A stretch of 64,000 bases of DNA. Origin: Haliotis rubra (lineage: Eukaryota). The translations under genes were made by a program, and so were the position numbers. Where the stretch lies: the NCBI RefSeq assembly GCF_003918875.1, contig NW_025765403.1:1674001-1738000 (forward strand), read 5' to 3'. Below the pieces are notes generated by a model. It was not told the origin of the DNA. It was given only the letters and a program-made list of their open reading frames with translations, and searched no databases. This document shows positions 58,555 through 64,000 of this stretch, piece after piece (the first letter of the stretch is position 1; every line of letters begins with the position of its first letter).

Positions 58555-61500
58555 TTACAGTTCTGTTGTTTCTTGCAAGGGCTTGATTTCCGCTTCGTCT
58601 TTCAAAGTGTCTTCCTTTAGGTGGCTTGTGGCACGTCTTGTCAGAACGGGTACAAACAATAGAATGATTGCTGAAGCATATGCACATGCACCAAGATAGC
58701 TGAAGCCCGCAGTGTACGAACCAGTGAAATCGGTTAGGCTACCTGTAAAAAAATATCGTGGAAATATAACTGCCCAGAACAATAAAATCTAACTCCTTTA
58801 TGGTGATACCTCATTTGAAACGAATTACTTTTAAGTCCCTACCTCAATTACCTTTGCTATATACCGTTTTTTCACGAACAGATAACAAAATAGTTCGATA
58901 TTTTTGTTCAAACTTTAAGACTTCAGGCGTAAAAAGCGTCTCGGTACTTACGTAAGGAATGACATTTATCTACTTTTTATTCTAAGAGTTAATGTTTTGA
59001 GATTATAAGTGCATGCCCTGTAATATATTCTCAACGAATAAGCTACGGACCACCCCAATATTCAATATTTAAGTATTATATGTTTCATAATATTAACTAT
59101 GAAATACTTTAATATTGAAAATTGTGGTTGTCCTTAACTTTTTTGTTGAGTATATAGGACGTGTTATGCTTACCTACAATTGGGTGTGTTACAGCCATTG
59201 ACACACCATGGAAAAGCGACACAAAGCCAAGTGTCTTCGCCATGCTGGGCAATCCGAGGAGGTCTACAATTGCTACAGGTATCAGGCAAAAGTAGGAGCT
59301 GGCGAACATACCATACACTACAGAGTATATAAGCAATGTCACATAAGAATTAAAAAAGACTGTGAGGTGGGTAACAGTCCCAGTAATTATAAGACCAATT
59401 GCCATAATCGTTGTAACTCGCAGGATTTTAGTGTCTGCCAAAAACCCATAAAACAGCCGGCTAAAGAAGTCTATTGCTCCAGAAATGAGCAGAAATATTG
59501 CAGCGTTGCTCTGACTGATGCCTTTTTCTTTCGCCAAAGCAGGCAAATATACAGGCACAAGACCTATGTTTATTCCAAAATACGAATAAAAAATAACTAA
59601 CAAAAACACAGGATTCTTGAACAACGAGAACTTCAATGTTGAAAGTACTTTCTTAATGTAAAACGCAGCATTTCTCGAGGAGGCAGCATCCTGTTTACTG
59701 TTGTCATCAGCTGTTGGTGATGCTTCATCTTCCTCTTCAACACTCAACACTGGCACTGAACCAAGCTCGGCATTGCTTGCATACATACGGTAGTTTGTTT
59801 GACTCGTCGCTGACAGTGGTCTGCTAATCCTTCTAACGAGTGTAGGTGAATCTGGTAAATCAGTATTGAGGAGCGAATACCCTTGAAGTGGGGACCTTCC
59901 CATCAATTCAGACGTAATAGAACTTGCACTAAGAAATTTCTCCGGATTCAGTTTTCCAATTTGTTTTATGTCAAGTCCAAATGAACGCCGATTTAGTTTG
60001 GTATCTGACGAATGTCTGTCTTGCTTTGCTTTTGCTTTTATTCTTTCATGTTTCTTTTTTCTTTTGTACGACTCTAGTGGTCGGTTCACCATTCCCCCCA
60101 CCCACATGTTCATTGTTATTCCGGTGAGTATTATCATACTGCCCCGTAATCCATACTCGTCTAGAAGGTATCGTATCAAAGGTGGGAACACGCTGCTGCC
60201 AAAGCTTATTCCGGACATAGCTATTGCTGTAGCAAGTCCACGTCGTTTGTTGAAGTAGTGCCCAATGAGAACAAGTGCAGGCCCGTAGATCATAGAGTGT
60301 CCCACGCCTGAGTATAGAAATGCATAACTCATTAGTGAATCGAGTTGATAATTGTTGATAATAGGAATATGCACAATGCGTGTCGTGATAAGAAAATAGA
60401 TCCAGCTGTATTACATATTGGTTGACTAAAGATACTTTAATCAGGATTACACATATCAGTATTTTGAGACTTCGAGACTTCGAGTACGATTACATGCAAT
60501 CAACAAAGCTAGACTCATTATGTCGCTTCTTTCGACAATCGTATCTTGGTGTATCTTCAGCCCCAAAGTCTTCGATCATCCAATCTGTATCCCTTGTGAT
60601 GACATAATTACTCTCAAGCATGTCCTGCTTGACTGTATTCATTTTTCCATCACAAGGGATCAATGTTTCAGTGTAAAAACAATAAAGGATCTTTTAAACC
60701 ATGTCATTTATCATTCGATTGTGTGGGTATTTTTTAAATAAAGAAGAATTAATTGTTTGAAAAGTTTTGATAAACATGTTTATGTCTTAGATAAATAGCG
60801 CAATCGCCAGCGGCTGAAGTGATGGTGTAAATCCATCTAGGGTCTATGCAGGAAGCAAACGTACCAATGGTCCTTAGTATTGTGATCTACCTTCAGTTGT
60901 TGACGATCTCTAGCTTGTTATATGTTGTATTGTCTATAGTTTGAGATATGCATGTTTACACCTGTATCTGTACCTTCTGTCTGTTTTTAAGGTAATTCGT
61001 AGATTGGCCTTTATATTCTTGGTTAATGTGTCATGAATGTATATCTTGTTTTAGTCACTTTATGGCTGAAATACTGCCGATGAGACTAGAAATTTTAACT
61101 CACTCACTCACAAAATTCTTAACCGAGATTAAACTGTTATGAAAGAATTTCAGTATACCTCCATATGACAAAAGAATATCCTTACCGATAAACACGCTGT
61201 GTGTACAAATCAGGTACGTGATACTTGTAGGGAAGATAGCCATTGCCATGGCAGCAATAGTGAGGGTTGCTCCAAGCATCACTGTCTTTCTGACTCCAAG
61301 AAGGTCCACCAGGACATGCATAGATATCAGTGCTGGAGAAGAAAATGGATTTACTTTATTGTTCACAGCAAATAGGCAGATGTCCACCCAGATATCCCTA
61401 CAAGCATAATATGCTTAGCAATACAGCGAAAGAAAGAAAATATTAATGAGAGAGTCACATATTTTGTAGACTTCATTCTAAAAGGCGGCTATAACAGCAT

Positions 61501-63469
61501 AGAACAATGAAATATGAATGTATAACATTCAGTCGGATATGGCGTACGAGGCACTAAACATAAGACCATTTACATAGAATCATCGATCTGAATAAGCACA
61601 GTGCCTGATGTTGAGTTGAGTTGAGTTGAGTTATGAAATGTGTACATACGCCCGCACACACAGAGGCCTCCATACACGCATACTCTCAAGCACAGACACA
61701 CTCAGACACATAAATCATACACTCACATGCATTCATACACAAGCACGTCAACATGCATACTCATGAACATACATGCAATTATAATCATAATCACATAAAT
61801 TGCCTGCATACATGCATACTTGCCTTAATTCTTATTTTTTAATATTTTTGTTATTGTTCCCAATTAGTTGAATACAAACATACAGAAGAATATGTGTACA
61901 TTGGTATAAGTACCAGCTTGTGGGCAAAGTAGAGATATATTAAATATAAATATCAACAGCAATATGTTTTGGTTAAATAGGTATTCATGATTAAATATAA
62001 TTTGGGAGACGATGAGCAATTGTCAACAGTTGAAAGCAACCCAATAGATAATGAAAGAAATTATAATTAAAGGAACATACAATTATGTATTAATAGAAGA
62101 AGGAAATGCAATGTATTAGTGAGAGCGAAATACTGATAGTCCACACACCACAGGCTTCAGGTCTTTTAATTTAGAAAATTTGATTTTAATAGAAATCGCC
62201 TCCATACAGCACATTGCCTATTCGACGATCACATGTTCTGCCACACCTTACAACTCGAGAATCGTAATGCTGCCAACATACGGCAATCGAAACTGTGCAA
62301 ATTTCGATGGTCAGGTGTGAAGTTTTAGTTGAGGTCCGATTCCCTCTTTTCATGACTTCGAGACGAACGTCAAGCCAATATCAGCCTGAGACCATAGGGC
62401 AGACTTGCCGTTGCGCAGGCTATGTTGTGATACCTGAGTGCATCTTGAGCAAGGAAGGGTCAATGGACAGTACTCTCGGGACAACGTTCAGACTCCGTTG
62501 TTATCCCGTTTACAAGGCGTTTGACATGAGATTTTGTAGAGTGAATCAATATTTGACAAAGCGCAGCGCACTACTGATCCAAAAGCGCCAACTCAGAAAT
62601 AATTTCACCTCACACCAATCGTCCTTCAAGATTGTTGGTGGTCAAAATTTCTACTGCCTGACTTAACTTCCGGTTGGAATGCGTTTCTAGTTCATTCACT
62701 AATACCATAAGATAATATCTTCTACAATTTTGAAAATGGTATCTTCGAGTACCCCTACTTTTTTAGAAGTATATAACTTAGGGATACGGAGAAAACGGAC
62801 CCTAGCGAAAACGGACCCCCAAAAAATCAAGAAATCGGCCACTGCGCTGGAGCGAACGGCCTCCGAACCAAGAGAAAACGGCCTCTGAGCCAAGAGGAAA
62901 CGGCCAACATAGTTGCACCAAGATTACGGAAGGTTATATCATTATATATATTCTAGATGATAGAGAAGAGAGTTCTGGCTACTAGTTTTATCACGAGTCA
63001 CGTCAAGTGACATGAGAGTGAGAAAACAGGTTAATACAAGAATTAATAGATCATCTTATCTAATACTTTCACCGCCAACCACTGAGTAACGATAACATCT
63101 TCTCGTGTTTATTCAATAACTAACTGTTGACGGTTGAAGGCGCAAGCCCGAAATAATTATTTCCTATATGAAACACAAAGCTGTTCAGCATAGCTGTACA
63201 CAATAGTTATTTGTGTGGCTGGACGATGACACTGGAGCAGAACAATTCGGATCAACGGTTTGACCTTTAATGCGAGTAAGTTATATATGTAAAATATACT
63301 ACACAACATATTTAGGTATACTCACAAGACAAACTATATACACCAGCCATAACGCCCATCAGCAATGTGGTTTTGGTGGTTGATGCTCCGAACAATGCCA
63401 AGTATTCTACGAAAAGGATGGCCATTCCCCGGGCATAGCCAATCATTATGACAACGTTGAGGAAGCATC
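58555..63469 (-). CDS. SLC16: SLC16/MCT-family transporter, paralogue 5 (exons 2-5; exon 1 outside the window)
   Basis: Minus-strand exons 63469-63326 (144 nt), 61332-61186 (147), 60307-59174 (1134) and 58742-58555 (188) with GT-AG boundaries. Motifs: YFNKRRGLA, FSLFKNP, DFFSR, GSLTDFTGSY. Confidence 0.92.
60520..61109 (+). mobile_element. I-group LINE 3' fragment (CCHC knuckle and 3' UTR) in intron 3 of paralogue 5
   Basis: CIPCDDIITLKHVLLDC; the 3' UTR and tail resemble 25000-25715. Confidence 0.85.
62792..62906. repeat. ~20-bp degenerate repeats (GAAAACGGCC core), probable transposon subterminal array
   Basis: Six AA(A/T)CGG(A/C)C-like motifs at roughly regular spacing. Confidence 0.5.
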
Positions 63470-64000
63470 CTGAAAAAGGTTTTGCTAAAATTGATGTCAC
63501 TGAAAATTGATCAAAAGAACAAAACTCAGAGTGAGTGACTGGGTGCAGCTGTATCAGTTTGCCAGCTTACGGTTTCATGTAAAGCAAAGGAACACTGGTC
63601 GAGATATGTATAATATATTTTGTTTGTAAAACAAAAGTACACGCATAAGCCCTGACAAACCATAATCCATCCGAATCAGGGAATCGGACCAAGGATCATT
63701 GCAATTCGGCTTATTACGATACCTTACTGTACTTTCAAGAAAGATTTACAAAAATAACATACCTACGGACATATGCCCAATGCCAATAATTATGGCCCTC
63801 CTAGCAGTAAAACGCATATTTCTAGTATATAGTGGGTCAGAAAAAATCATTCAAATGGTTACATTATACTTTGGTACTGTTACATATTACTGCAGTCAAA
63901 ATGATCAGTGAATATATATAACATCATATCAGGAACAAATATGATTTAAAGGTATCAAATAACACAGATTGATATTAACTAAATGACATTAGTCATGTTA

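Overview
Eukaryotic, AT-rich genomic DNA. The repeat types suggest a marine mollusc, possibly a gastropod such as abalone (inference). The window holds a tandem cluster of five spliced SLC16/MCT (monocarboxylate transporter family, MFS) paralogues with the same five-exon structure (exon 2 = 144 nt, exon 3 = 147 nt, all introns phase 1). Four are on the + strand (6612-10816, 14169-17903, 26082-34849, 43420-48716). A fifth, convergent copy is on the - strand (58555-63469) with exon 1 beyond the window. Paralogue 4 has a 1-nt frameshift in exon 4. Introns and spacers contain three SINE-like families, an RNase H-encoding I-group LINE whose 3' tail two of the SINEs share, L2-like and RTE-X-like LINE remnants, Tc1 remnants, a foldback element, two minisatellites, Penelope-type hammerhead-like remnants, a probable Polinton ATPase fragment and a 161-nt assembly gap. 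The most notable unannotated signal is a compact, P4-less HDV-like ribozyme fold on the - strand at 6155-6213, just upstream of paralogue 1. Its P1/P2 pseudoknot sequence recurs, inverted, as the fixed non-tRNA 5' head of an abundant SINE family. Other oddities are an MCT exon-1/splice-donor fragment copied into a SINE, a duplicated splice acceptor that could create a poison exon, triple-nested retroelements, and divergent transport-site residues among the paralogues. All folds and alignments were made by eye.
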